Part shown: positions 12,199 through 23,932 of the stretch, one piece after another
Layout: every line of letters starts with the position of its first letter
Numbering within the stretch: position 1 is the stretch's first letter
From: Octopus vulgaris
Taxonomy: Eukaryota
DNA: 64,000 nucleotides
Reading direction: 5' to 3'
Assembly: GCA_951406725.2 (NCBI GenBank)
Contig: OX597820.1
Location: 103,416,001-103,480,000, forward strand
Program-made: the position numbers and the translations under genes
Notes under the pieces: model-generated
What the model was told of the DNA's origin: nothing
Seen by the model: only the letters and a program-made list of their open reading frames with translations
Databases searched by the model: none

Positions 12199-12787
12199 TT
12201 TTACTTAAGGTTTAATGAAAAGAACGCCAGGAAAACAAAATACCCTTGTTGCAATGTAATAGTGACAACTATTTTCGTAATTGTTAGTCGATGATTGTGA
12301 GACAAGTGGGGTGGAGAAAGGTTAAGAGAGTGAGAGAAGATTTGTTGAGTGTGTGCAATGTTGACTGAGAAGTAAAACAGGAGGCAAAGTCAGGGAATGG
12401 AAAATTCTAAGAAGTTGACAAAGACCGTCTGGGCAAAAGGGCCAGAAACGAGCGAAGAGGTCTTGTTGGTTTTGGATTGGGCTTTAGATCATGCACGAAC
12501 AACCTTTTTTTTGTTGTTGTTGTTTTATTGAAGAAGCGGGACGCATGAGATATTATTAATCAGCAGTCAGACCGCAGTTTACCCATGAGTGGTTTAAATC
12601 ATCCAGCATGTTCGCCATTACATTGCGCCTCCTCCCAATTGCAAGTTACATATTGAAAGAAATACACACACACATTCACACACACACACACACACACATA
12701 CAAATATATATATACATATATACAAATATATATATATATACATATATATAATATATATATATATATATACATATATACATATATATA

Positions 12788-12915
<128 letters not shown>

Positions 12916-13587
12916 CATACATACATACATACATTTATAGATAGATAGATAGATACATACATACATACATACATGCATGCATACATACATACATATACAT
13001 ATATATATATATAAATGTGCGTGTGTGTGCATATATATATATATATATAATGAGAGAGATGGACAGAGACAGAGAAAGGGAGAAAAAGAGAGTGAAAAAG
13101 AGAGAGAGAGAGAGAGAGAGAGTAAAGAGAGAGGTTCTTACAAACTTGTAGTATCAGTTTTAACATAAGTTTAGCTTATAAACTTTGTATACGCGTGTAT
13201 AGAAATGTATACGTCTTATATAAGCATGTAATATATACTCATTCTACAAACGTTTAATATTTACATTTGGTGTACACGAACAATATAGCGTTTTTTGGTT
13301 TCTTTTTTTTTTTCGTTGTATATACGCTAAATGTATACTCATGTCCTATATACAAATAAAACAAGCGGGAGTTGCTTCTGGCAGTATCATTTTCAACACT
13401 TGTGGCGAATGTCGTAGAACTCGGTAAGCTCCCGCGATTCGGGACCACGATCCGATTTCGTTTCTTGATTGAAGCTAATCCGATTCCCTTGTACAGAAGA
13501 TGCCCCTGGGAAATACACGAACAACACTTTATTTCCCTTTGCCAGCAAATAAAAATTCATGTATCTTGTCAAAATAAATAAATTTAA

Positions 13588-13836
13588 CCCTTTCGTTGCG
13601 AAATTAAGTTTCATAGTTATTTTAGTAACGATGTTTAATCTCTACCAAAAACAAAAAAAAGATTATTGATATTTTCTGCAAGTCACGTTGCTTCAATGAC
13701 TTTAACATATCGCAGCAGAATATGGTTTCAAACATGACATTTCTCAACAAAAGATGGATTGGTTTATAAACTGCATTCCTCAGTTAAAAGTAATGAAATT
13801 TTTGAATGGCTATATCTGCTTTCCGCTGTGAAAGTT
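13588..13836. mobile_element. Possible piggyBac-type MITE
   Basis: TTAA-CCCTTTCGTTGCGAAA ... TTCCGCTGTGAAAGTT-TTAA imperfect inverted ends. Confidence 0.3.
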
Positions 13837-13932
13837 TTAAACACTAGAGCACTGGAGTCGATGTAATCGACTAGTCCCCTCACTCAAAATTTTAGGCTTT
13901 GTGTCTTCAGTAGAAAATATTATTATTATTAA

Positions 13933-13993
<61 letters not shown>

Positions 13994-13995
<2 letters not shown>

Positions 13996-14524
13996 ATAGC
14001 TTTATTTTTATAGCGTGATTTTACTTCACTACCGAGCGCAGCTCTGTGTGCCTTGGGTATGTGCTGTGATTTGTTGTGATGATCTGATGGTTATTGTATG
14101 GAAAGTGTTCTGCGTAGAATGTGTGCAGTGCCTAGTAGTGCAATTTTCTGTATGTTATATGTGTTTGTAAGTCCTGGTGTTTTTGTTATGTATTTGTCTG
14201 AATATTTTTTTATCATGCCTAATGCACCTACTATGATAGGAATTGTTTCTGTTTTTAGATTCCACATTCTGGTTACCTCTATTTCTAGGTCTTTGTATTT
14301 TGAAAGTTTCTCCATTTCTTTTAGAGACACGTTGTCATCTGCCGGTATTGATACATCAATTAGAAAGCATTTTTTTTCTTCATGATCTCTGACAACTATA
14401 TCTGGTCTGTTGGCCTTAATTTCTCTATCTGAGTGTATCGGTATATCCCAAAGTATGGTTGCTTTTTCGTTTTCTGTGACCTTTTCTGGTGTGTGCCTAT
14501 ACCATCTTTTTTCTGTTGTTATTC

Positions 14525-14526
<2 letters not shown>
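13994..14526 (-). mobile_element. R4/Dong-like non-LTR retrotransposon 3' end (restriction-like endonuclease domain) in (TAA)n
   Basis: ILWD..NRPDIVV..CFLIDVSIPAD..EKLSKYKDL..IPIIVGALG, a PD-(D/E)xK motif set; open frame to stop at 14091; (TAA)n on both flanks. Confidence 0.9.
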
Positions 14527-14600
<74 letters not shown>

Positions 14601-14850
14601 ATTATTATTATTATTAAGGCGGCGAACTGGCAAAATCGTTAGCACGCCGGGCGAAATGCTTAGCGGTGTTTCGTCTGTTCTTCAGGTCACTAAATTAAGT
14701 ACCAGTTGCGTACTGGGGTTGCTCCTAGTTCTACAATACAAACTTCCTGCTTTAAAGTGATCTAAATTAAAACCTTCCATCGCCATTTCATGTTAATTCA
14801 TGTTCCAAACTCCAGCTCAATAACGACAAAGACACCGAAAACTGACTCAC

Positions 14851-14970
14851 TGAATACTTTAATGATGTTAATGGAGGACTCGCCAAAGTTTGATCAGCAT
14901 ATTCCGTGAAGATCAGTTCAGGAGAGGCAAAGCTGCTTAGAAAGAGTTGAATGATGTCGTTATACACTGG
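14851..14970 (-). other. Candidate 120-bp exon
   Basis: ttgttgttacag| acceptor and TCA|gtgagt donor; only one open frame (PVYNDIIQLFLSSF..SLKYS). Confidence 0.3.
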
Positions 14971-15180
14971 CTGTAACAACAACACCAACATCAATACCAG
15001 AGAAAATCTTTATGCTAGATCTACAAGAAATGGTAGCCAAATCACTCTCACAATACACCTTACTATCTTAAATAAGGGAAGGATACACATTGGATAATGT
15101 AGTCTTTAGATACCCCTAAAAGAAAAGCGAATGATTATGGCTTGAATGCTTTTGGTCATTGGGTTGACCTCGGGTCAACA

Positions 15181-15545
15181 GGAGGCGCAATGGCCTAGTG
15201 GTTAGGGCAGCGGACTAGCGGTCGGAGGATCGCGGTTTCGATTCCCAGACCGGGCGTTGTATGTGTTTACTGAGCGAAAGCACCTAAAACTCCAAGAGGC
15301 TCCGGCAGGGAGTTGGGGCGACCCCTGTTGTACTCTTTCGCTCCAACTTTCTCTCACTCTTTCTTCCTGTTTCTTATCCTCGGCTTCCTACGCAACTGCT
15401 GAGCCTGGATGCGCATTCATCCATCCTTCGATGCTCTTGGTGTCGGGGATTGACTTGCTTTCTCTTCTGCGGGTCTTACGAATAGCAAAGGACCACGTTT
15501 CGGACTTCTCCCACGAAGACCGCTTCGCTCAACAAACAAACAAAC
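15181..15545 (+). mobile_element. tRNA-derived SINE family B, subtype with (CAA)n-type tail
   Basis: Head GGAGGCGCAATGGCCTAGTGGTTAGGGCAGCGGACT..GGTTTCGATTCCC; closely similar to 58490-58860. Confidence 0.85.
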
Positions 15546-15604
15546 AAACAAACAAGCAGCAGCAACAAGAAGTCCGCCACGTGAATAACAACAACAATGA
15601 TATA

Positions 15605-15793
15605 TCGTGTTCAAATTCTGGCACAAGACCAGTAATTTCAGGAAGGGGATCAGTCGATTACATCGACTCCAGTATTCAACTGGTATTTATTTACTCGATC
15701 CTGAAGGGATGAAAAGCAAAGTCGACTACGGTGGAATTTGAACTCAGAACGTAAAGACGGACGTGCTAACGATTCTGCCAGCTAGGTGCCTTG
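15605..15793 (-). mobile_element. SINE family D (Nin/Deu-like core), diverged
   Basis: Homologous to 33799-34026. Confidence 0.7.
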
Positions 15794-16327
15794 GAAAGCT
15801 GAGTTAATTGTTCTGTTATGTCAAATAGCGTAGTTGACTACATTGTTATTTTGGAAGGAAGGATTAGGAAGAGCCATGTGAAACGTATTTATTATCTTCA
15901 GCATGGGCTGTCACACTTTGTCGAAAAAATCTATTCATTCAGAAGACAGATACACACACACACACACACACAGGTACACATCCACCCGACCACCCAAACA
16001 CCCCACACACACACATACACACACTTGACGTACAAATATACACACGTATCTGCCCAGAAATATATAGACAGAACATTTACATACATTCAGACATCTTTCT
16101 CTCTCTCTCCCCTCTCCCTGTTTCTCTCTCAGTTTCTATCACTCTCTCTCTCTCTTTCTCTCTCTCTCTTTCTCTCTCTCACTTTCTCTTTCACTCTCAA
16201 CGTGTATATATATGTGTGTGTATATATGTATATACATTTATATATATGGGTATACGTTTTCATGTGTGTGTATATCTGTGTGTATATGTACGTGTGTATG
16301 AATGTATACAAACATACGTACGTACGT

Positions 16328-16396
<69 letters not shown>

Positions 16397-16942
16397 TTCT
16401 TCCTGCTACATATATCACTTTCGCGGGGACGGTAAAAAAAATAGAAATAGAAAAAAAAAGTGAAACATAAAAAAAAACAAAAGCAGGACAAACAAATAAC
16501 AAAACCATCCCATTACCGAACCCTTATTTCTAGTGTCAGAGTTCTTTCTACAGGACACCCGGAGTGCTGGTCACGCTTAATCTCACTCACTCACTGTAGA
16601 GGCAACGATCCAAAACATTATTGGCCGCACGTGTTTATGGTAATCGGCAAACGTTGGCTTCATTGCGACTTGGGGAACTTCTACAGTGAGTACGTTGACC
16701 AGTTGAGTGATATAAAACATATGTATCCTTCTCGTAAGTTTGCTTCAAATAAACTTTATAATACAAGGCAAATATCTGAAATATTTCCCTGAATTTGACT
16801 CTAACTTGTCAGTACACATTATTAAACAATTATTATCTCTCTCCGACTCTCTTACTCTTTCTCTCTTGTTTTTTTTGTTTTTTGTTTGCTTGTTATTATT
16901 ATTTTTTTCACATTGGTAACTAAGCGGTTCACACTCCTACAT

Positions 16943-17180
16943 ACTCTTTACTCTTTACTCTTTTACTCTTTTACTTGTTTCAGTCATTTGACTGCGGCCA
17001 TGCTGGAGCACCGCCTTTAATCGAGCAACTCGACCCCGCGACTTATTCTTTTGTAAGCCCAGTACTTATTCTATCGGTCTCTTTTTGCCGAACCGCTAGT
17101 TAACGGGGACATAAACACACCAACATCGGTTGTCAAGCAATGCTAGGGGGACAAACACAGACAAACAAACACACACATGC
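16943..17180 (-). mobile_element. SINE family A 3' half
   Basis: Very close to 56031-56260. Confidence 0.85.
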
Positions 17181-17197
17181 ACATATATATATATATA

Positions 17198-17590
17198 CTA
17201 GCAGTATCGCCCGGCGTTGCTCGGGTTTGTAAGGGAAATAATTATATAAGCATTTTTAGAGATGTAAAGTATAATAGCCATCTCAATATGGCTAACCACA
17301 AAGGGGGAGGGGTGTTACTGTAGGTTTTTACGTTCTGAGATTTAATAATAAATTTTAGAGAGTTACTTCCCTTATATATGTCAAAAATGGATTAAAAATG
17401 GGAAAAATTGATGGTAAATTTTTTTTTAATTGTAGACTCATCGTAGACGCGCGCTAATACCCAGAGGGTCTCGATATGAATCACGACTATAAGATACCCG
17501 GTTTTGGTTAATCTGCACCGCAAAATGTGGGAGTAGTTAGGAATCTAAATCGTAGGAGACAGACACACAACCTCACTTTTATATATAAAT
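17198..17590 (-). mobile_element. Non-autonomous Helitron family H1
   Basis: 3' CCCGAGCAACGCCGGG hairpin followed by CTGCTAG|T; homologous to 23933-24327. Confidence 0.8.
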
Positions 17591-17755
17591 ATTTCCTCTA
17601 TTTACATAATATTGAGGTCTCTTTCTTTCTTTTGTTATCTTACTGTTTTTACCAATATACATATATATATATATATATAAATATATATATAGTTACAGAG
17701 ATGTACTTGCATAGCAAGTGACTTGATCTGAGATCGTGTGCTGGAACGAAAACAG

Positions 17756-18014
17756 TTGCAGCGTTGAAGGTGTTTATAAGCCATTTAAGAAACACAGAAA
17801 AACCGTTAGATTCACTTCAACATTTAAATTTAATTTGTCAAAATATTTTCGTCGCTTTGAGACCGCGACCTGTTAGCACGATATTTTTGTCAGTGAACAG
17901 GTTGCGGTCTCAAAGCGACGAAAATATTTTGGCCAATTAAATTTAAATGTTGAAGTGAATGTAACGGTTTTTGTGTGTTTCTTAAATGGCTTACAAACAC
18001 CTTCCACGCTGCAA
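17756..18014. repeat. Long inverted repeat (~119-bp arms, 21-nt spacer) carrying a hammerhead motif
   Basis: 17756-17874 is the reverse complement of 17896-18014 with few mismatches. Confidence 0.9.
17886..17936 (+). ncRNA. Type I hammerhead motif with G3-C8 swapped core
   Basis: TTTGTCA-GTGAACA-G-GTTGC..GCGAC-GAAA-ATAT-TT-TGGCCAA; the mirror arm retains TGACAAA as a perfect stem I partner. Confidence 0.6.
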
Positions 18015-18032
18015 TATATATATACACACATA

Positions 18033-18063
<31 letters not shown>

Positions 18064-18104
18064 GTGTATATGTGTATGCATGTATGTGTGTGTGTGTGTG
18101 CGTG

Positions 18105-18320
18105 TCTGTGCTTGTGATTGTCCTCCACCACTGCTTGACAACGAATGTTGGTTTGTTTACATCCCTGTCACCTAGTGGTTTGACAAAGGAAACAGATAGA
18201 ATAAGTACAATGCTTACAAAAATAAAACTGGAGTTGATTCATTAAACTACAATTCTTCAAGGCATTGCCCCAGCATGGCCACAGACCAATGGCTGGAAAA
18301 AGCAGAAGAATAAAAGAATA
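18105..18320 (+). mobile_element. SINE family A 3' half, diverged
   Basis: Tail CCCCAGCATGGCCACAG.. Confidence 0.7.
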
Positions 18321-18369
18321 CATTCTCTGCTTTGGTCTTATGTTCAAGGCATGAGAAAGCTTGAGTTTA

Positions 18370-18652
18370 CATGAGAAGGCCTAACAGACCTGGTAGAAAC
18401 AGCAGCCAAATCTCCCTCAAATCACACCTTACTGTCTTATGTATGTATATATATATGAGCCAATGAGGGGGACCTCTACATGGTAGCTAGACCTGGTAGA
18501 AATAGCAGCCAAATTTCCCCCAAATCACACCTTACTGTCTTATCTATGTATATATGTATGTATGAGCCTATGAGGGTGACCCCTACATGGCAGCTAGACA
18601 TGGTAGAAATAGCAGCCAAATCTCCCTCAAATCACACCTTACTGTCTTATCT
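18370..18652 (+). repeat. Tandem ~105-bp repeat, about 2.7 copies
   Basis: GAC(C/A)TGGTAGAAA.AGCAGCCAAAT.TCCC.CAAATCACACCTTACTGTCTTA at 18387, 18490 and 18597. Confidence 0.9.
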
Positions 18653-18893
18653 TTCTGCTACTTGGATATAGGTCTTATATTCGTCGTAAAAAACTTTCCT
18701 GTCACACACTCACGCACACGCACACACACACACACACATACGCACCCTCACACACACACACGCGCACACACACACACACTCACACACACGCACGTTAGCT
18801 TACAATTTTATTTATATATTTGCGTGTCTATGTGTGGAAAGAGGAAGTGGGAGGCAGAGTGAAAGAATCACTCACTACAGTAAGTGAATTACT

Positions 18894-19159
18894 TTCATTT
18901 TATTCGTTGCCCACTGTGTGTGTGCGTTTGCGTGTGGTGTAAACCAGACTAAGAAAAGCATTTGACACACACACCAGAATGTGAGTTTTCTGTAAATTTT
19001 GCTTAATTGGAGTTTAAATTTTAAAAACTGGACCTGGCATGACGCGATGCATTGTACTCTTAAAAATGCTAGGTAAATTGTAATTGAAGAAATCCTATAT
19101 TGTAGATTTGTATAACTCCCAAAGGGAGGCAGATAAAATCTGCCTTTTATAATAAGAGA
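18894..19159 (-). mobile_element. Helitron-like family H2, 5' portion
   Basis: Minus strand starts TCTCTTATTATAAAAGGCAG; almost identical copy at 20927-21192. Confidence 0.6.
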
Positions 19160-19796
19160 CTAGCAGTATCGCCCGGCGTTGCTCGGGTTTGTAAGGGAAA
19201 TAACTATATAAGCATTTTCAGAGAGTTATAGCCAAAAAATAGCAAAAAATGCATTAAAAATGGAAAAAATATTATGGTAAATTTTTTGAAAAATCGTTGA
19301 CTCATCGTAGACATTTTTAGAGAGTTACTTCCCTTATATAATAGCGAAAAAATGCATTAAAATGGAAAAAAAACGATGGTAATTTTTTTTTTAAATCGTA
19401 GACTCATGTAGACGCTTTCTTAGCCATTTCTGTTTTGGTGTCTTCAAGCCATGAAGTCGTTGTTCTAAAAGAACGCTGGTCTCCTTGACAACGCATTACG
19501 ACGTTGATTTCCTTACACTCCCTTCCCCACAGGTGCAGGTGTGAGCGTGGACGCCAACTCCGCCGCCATCGACACACGAAAAATTATGCATTAAAATGGA
19601 ATAAAAAATGATGTTAAATTATTTTTAAAATCGTAGACTCATCGTAGACGCGCGCTAATACTCAGACGGGCTCGATATGAATCACGCCTATAAGCTACCC
19701 GAATTTGGTTAAACTGCACCGCAAAATGTGGGAGTAGTTAGGAATCTAAATCGAAGGGGACAGACACTTACACAACTACAGTTTTATATATATAGA
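19160..19796 (-). mobile_element. Non-autonomous Helitron family H1, longer variant
   Basis: TC..CTAG termini and hairpin; extra internal segment at about 19412-19580. Confidence 0.8.
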
Positions 19797-19814
19797 TATA
19801 CATAGCGCAGTAGT

Positions 19815-20250
19815 GGTGAGATGTGACAGCAAAGAAAAGCATACATTCACTCTCTGCATGCAATTAGACTCGGAAAGTTCGTGAGGAACCCATTGACCCA
19901 ATTTGCTGACTTTTCCGATAGCACACAGGTCTCAATGAATGGTTGAATGACCAAATCCAAGCTTCTCTGCTAGTTCCTCAACAGTTACGATGAGATTTTG
20001 TTCCACCAGGGTTTTCAGGATGTCCTTGTCGAGTTCTACAGATCTTTCAGGATGAGGCTCGTCTTCTAGGCTGTTCCAATATAGCTTTGAAAAAAATAGC
20101 TGTTAAAATCGAAATGCACTCTTCAAAACTTGCACTATGAATAAGGACAAGATAAAATTACTACCTGCTTTTATAGCAAGTTAATATAAGTAGTTTATCC
20201 CATTCCCCTCTGACTTTTAGTTCAAGCTGTTGAAAAAACCGCATTATTAT
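19815..20250 (-). mobile_element. Mariner transposon fragment (left end plus N-terminal transposase remnant)
   Basis: SLEDEP..TVEELAEKLGFGHSTIH*..IGKVSKLGQWVPHELSE; WVPHEL is mariner-diagnostic. Confidence 0.85.
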
Positions 20251-20275
20251 ATATATACATACATACATACATACA

Positions 20276-20307
<32 letters not shown>

Positions 20308-20398
20308 CACACACACTCTCTCTCTCACACACATGCACACATTTATATTCTGTTATTCTTTTATATGTTTCAGCCTTGAGGTTGTGGCCATGCTGGAT

Positions 20399-20456
<58 letters not shown>

Positions 20457-20926
20457 TATCTGTCTGTCTGTCTGTATGTATATATGTATATGTATGTGTG
20501 TGAACAATAATATTTTCAACAGATGTGTTGCAAATGTATCTGATTGTTCTCAAGCTTCAATACTGTGTGTGTGTGTATGTGTGTGTGTGTGTATGTATGT
20601 ATGTATATGTATGTATGTATATGTATGTATGTATGTATGTGTGTATGTATGTATGTATGTGTGTATGTATGTATGTGTGTGTGTGTATGTATGTATGTAT
20701 GTATGTATGTATATATGTATGTATGTATGTATGTATGAGTGTATGTTTACTTTATTACTAACACAAGCCACTACGGTTATTTAATGTAAAGTCTTCCTCA
20801 AATCACTATCTCTAGCTATTTACTCTCTTCCAAGAACATTTTCACTCACACTTATGTGTTAGCTTCCCATACATTTTACTCATGTATCTATCAGCGTGAT
20901 AGAGAGAAACAAATATTACATCTAGT

Positions 20927-21192
20927 TTCACTTTATTCGTTGCCCACTGTGTGTATGCGTTTGCGTGTGGTGTAAACCAGACTAAGAAAAGCATTTGACA
21001 CACACACCAGAATGTGAGTTTTCTGTAAATTTTGCTTAATTGGAGTTTAAATTTTAAAAACTGGACCTGGCATGACGCGATGCATTGTACTCTTAAAAAT
21101 GCTAGGTAAATTGTAATTGAAGAAATCCTATATTGTAGATTTGTATAACTCCCAAAGGGAGGCAGATAAAATCTGCCTTTTATAATAAGAGA
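20927..21192 (-). mobile_element. Helitron-like family H2, second copy
   Basis: Near-identical to 18894-19159. Confidence 0.6.
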
Positions 21193-21217
21193 TATATATA
21201 TATATATATACATATAT

Positions 21218-21614
21218 ACGACGGGCTTCTTTTCAGTTTCCGTCTACCAAATCCACTCACAAGGCATTGGTCTGCCCGAGGCTATAGTAGAAGACATTTG
21301 CCCAAGGTGCCACGCAGTGGGACTGAACCCAGAACCATGTGGTTGGTAAACAAGCTACTTACCACATAGCCACTCCTACGCCTATATCTGACAAAATTTT
21401 TTTTTTTAAATTTCAATGTCCTAACAGTAAACGCAAGCATGACTTTGTGGTTAAGAAGCTCGCTTCACAACCACGTGGCTTGGGGTTCAATCCTACTGCG
21501 CCGCTGCACCTTGAGTAAGCGCCTTCTACAATAACTAAGAGCTGAACAATACTTTGTGAGTGAATTTGGTAGACAGAAACTGCATATGAATGCATCGGTG
21601 TGCATGTAAATCTG

Positions 21615-21676
<62 letters not shown>

Positions 21677-21831
21677 ACACGACGGGCTTCTTTCAATTTC
21701 CGTCTACCAAATCCACTTTGGTCGGCTCGAGGCTATAGTTGAAGACACTTGCCCAAGGTGCCACGCAGTGGGACTGAACCCGAAACCATGTGGCTCGTAA
21801 GCAAGCTACTAACCACACAGCCACTCCTACG

Positions 21832-21835
<4 letters not shown>
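21218..21835. mobile_element. Cluster of three SINE A heads (21218-21385 -, ~21430-21600 +, 21678-21835 -)
   Basis: Homology to 5162-5330. Confidence 0.8.
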
Positions 21836-21877
<42 letters not shown>

Positions 21878-21901
21878 GGTTTGAAGATGATGTACAGGTA
21901 T

Positions 21902-22193
21902 TATATATTACAAGAAATAAGATACTCAGAAATCTGGATGGTTTTATATTTACAGATATTTATTAATATGACACATGTTTTTATAAATGATATATTAGTG
22001 CTTGCGTCCACTCTAGTGGAGTCTTCAGATTGAACTTTTTCAGAAGAGACAAATTTCCTGAAAAAGTTCAACCTGAAGACTCCACTAGAGTGGACGCAAG
22101 TGCTAATAAATGATTTATAAAAACATGTGACATATTAATAAATATCTCTAAATATAAAACCATCCAGATTTCTGAGTTACCTTATTTCTTGTA

Positions 22194-22200
<7 letters not shown>
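21902..22200. repeat. Near-perfect palindrome (~142-bp arms) in (TA)n with decayed hammerhead motifs on both arms
   Basis: TATATATTACAAGAAATAAG..TTTTTCAG / CTGAAAAA..CTTATTTCTTGTAATATATA; each arm has CTGAAGA-C-TCCAC TAGA GTGGA-C-GCAAG(TG/CA)CTA. Confidence 0.92.
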
Positions 22201-22248
<48 letters not shown>

Positions 22249-22497
22249 TATATATATATGACATGATATGATAGAACGCCATGCATTCATTTCCAAGTAA
22301 GTTTATCTTATATATATATATATACATACACGTTTATGAATTTGTTTTGCTTGATTCCTGATGTGAAATTGTGGACTAAACAAAACAGGAGATACGTGGG
22401 TTGGAAGGGTCGCTGAAGAAGTTACAGGTGTTTGACGAAAAATTTCCAGACAATGGACATAAGATGAAATAAGACGAATAATAAACGAGTGAAGAAC

Positions 22498-23238
22498 GGA
22501 ATCTAGTCGGTTTGGCTGCCAACATCAATTCTGACCGAATTGATTTCATATTCTGTGTAATGATACACTTTTATAGTTTAATTAATGACGTGAAAATCAT
22601 TTTCACTATAAATTAATAAATAAAGAATTATTAGTAATTAAAGTTTGAAAATTTTGGTAATTTTAGTCACATTCATACTTATTTCGATAGTAAGAAGCGG
22701 AACATGAGAACTCTTTTATCTCCAAGAAAGCCTGTGTTGACAAATATATTGAAAACACTCGTTTTTACCTATCTGTTGACAATTGAGTATGTGAATTTTT
22801 GAATTGGTCAGCAAAATGTTTTTAATAATATTTAATTTGTAGTATTTAATTTACGTGAAAGAAAATTACCGGAGAACTTTCATTTAATTCTTCCAAATCT
22901 TTCTGTTAAAAATTGTATTGTGCTTATCGCATGTAATGAGTTGTTCGTCGCATTTGCATAACACGTGTTGTTTACGAATATTGACAACACGTGCTATTTT
23001 CAGGATATTGACGACAAAATGAACAGTCACGCGCAAAATGACATCTTTCAAATCCTGTTTCCTGACTGGGTGAAAATGATGAAACTTTAAACCTCCATAA
23101 CTTTTAAAAACATTTTTTCTGGAAAAAGTGAAATAACCCTAGCAATTCAGTTTGGGCAAGTGTATTATTGAGCCAAATTTTAAGATTTTTGGTAAACTTC
23201 AAATTATTGAAATGCTGGCAGCCAAATCGACTAGATCC
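22498..23238. mobile_element. Non-autonomous DNA transposon with ~27-bp TIRs, superfamily uncertain
   Basis: GGAATCTAGTCGGTTTGGCTGCCAACAT / ATGCTGGCAGCCAAATCGACTAGATCC. Confidence 0.75.
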
Positions 23239-23324
23239 AAGAGCGCATATATAGTGCGTGTGTTTATTTGGCAGGAAAAAAGAAACGACCGTCCTGAAAT
23301 ATAACTACAACTATATATATATAT

Positions 23325-23620
23325 ATCACGTGATCACATGACCGACCAGACCATCAGATGTTGTTACACATCGCTGGTCACAATGCGCTTCGCATTGTTT
23401 TAGCCTTCGAATGACGCCACCCCGCTGGCTAAGCGAGCAGGCCAACAGAAGAAAGAGTGGTGAAAGAGTACAGCAGGGATCACCACCCCCGCCGGAGCCT
23501 CGTGGAGCTTTTTCATGTGTTTTCGCTCAATAAATACTCACAACGCCCGGCCTGGGAATCGAAACCGCGATCCTACGACCGCGAGTCCGCTGCCCTAACC
23601 ACTGGGCCATTGCGCCTCCA
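23325..23620 (-). mobile_element. SINE family B, subtype with RTE-like tail
   Basis: Same head as 15181; tail TTGTGACCAGCGATG..CTGGTCGGTCA.GTGATCACGTGAT. Confidence 0.85.
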
Positions 23621-23932
23621 CTTGTTTGTTGAATAATGTTTATCAAAATACTGGCTGCTTCAATATATATATAAGTAATTAAACAGAAGTATGGCAAGGA
23701 ACGAACGGAAAATGTCAGTCACATGGAAATACTCTTTTCTCATCAGTTATTGTCAGAAAAAGAAAGAAAGAAAAACATTGCTATTTCACACCTTTAACTA
23801 TAATATTGTTCTTTTCTGGCGGCATCAACAGCGAATAGTTGCTGGGAACATTGAGCGAACGTTGATGACAGTGACGAAAAAAATTACGAATAGGACACAG
23901 GTGTAAATGTAAATAAACAAACAAAAATGATA

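Noticed and set aside
15181-15255. tRNA gene-like sequence (also near 23545, 57900 and 58490)
   Set aside because: Runs directly into a multi-copy SINE body; a SINE head rather than a tRNA gene
18370-18652. Repeat-spacer pattern resembling a CRISPR array
   Set aside because: Intervening parts are homologous to each other, context is eukaryotic, and there are no cas genes
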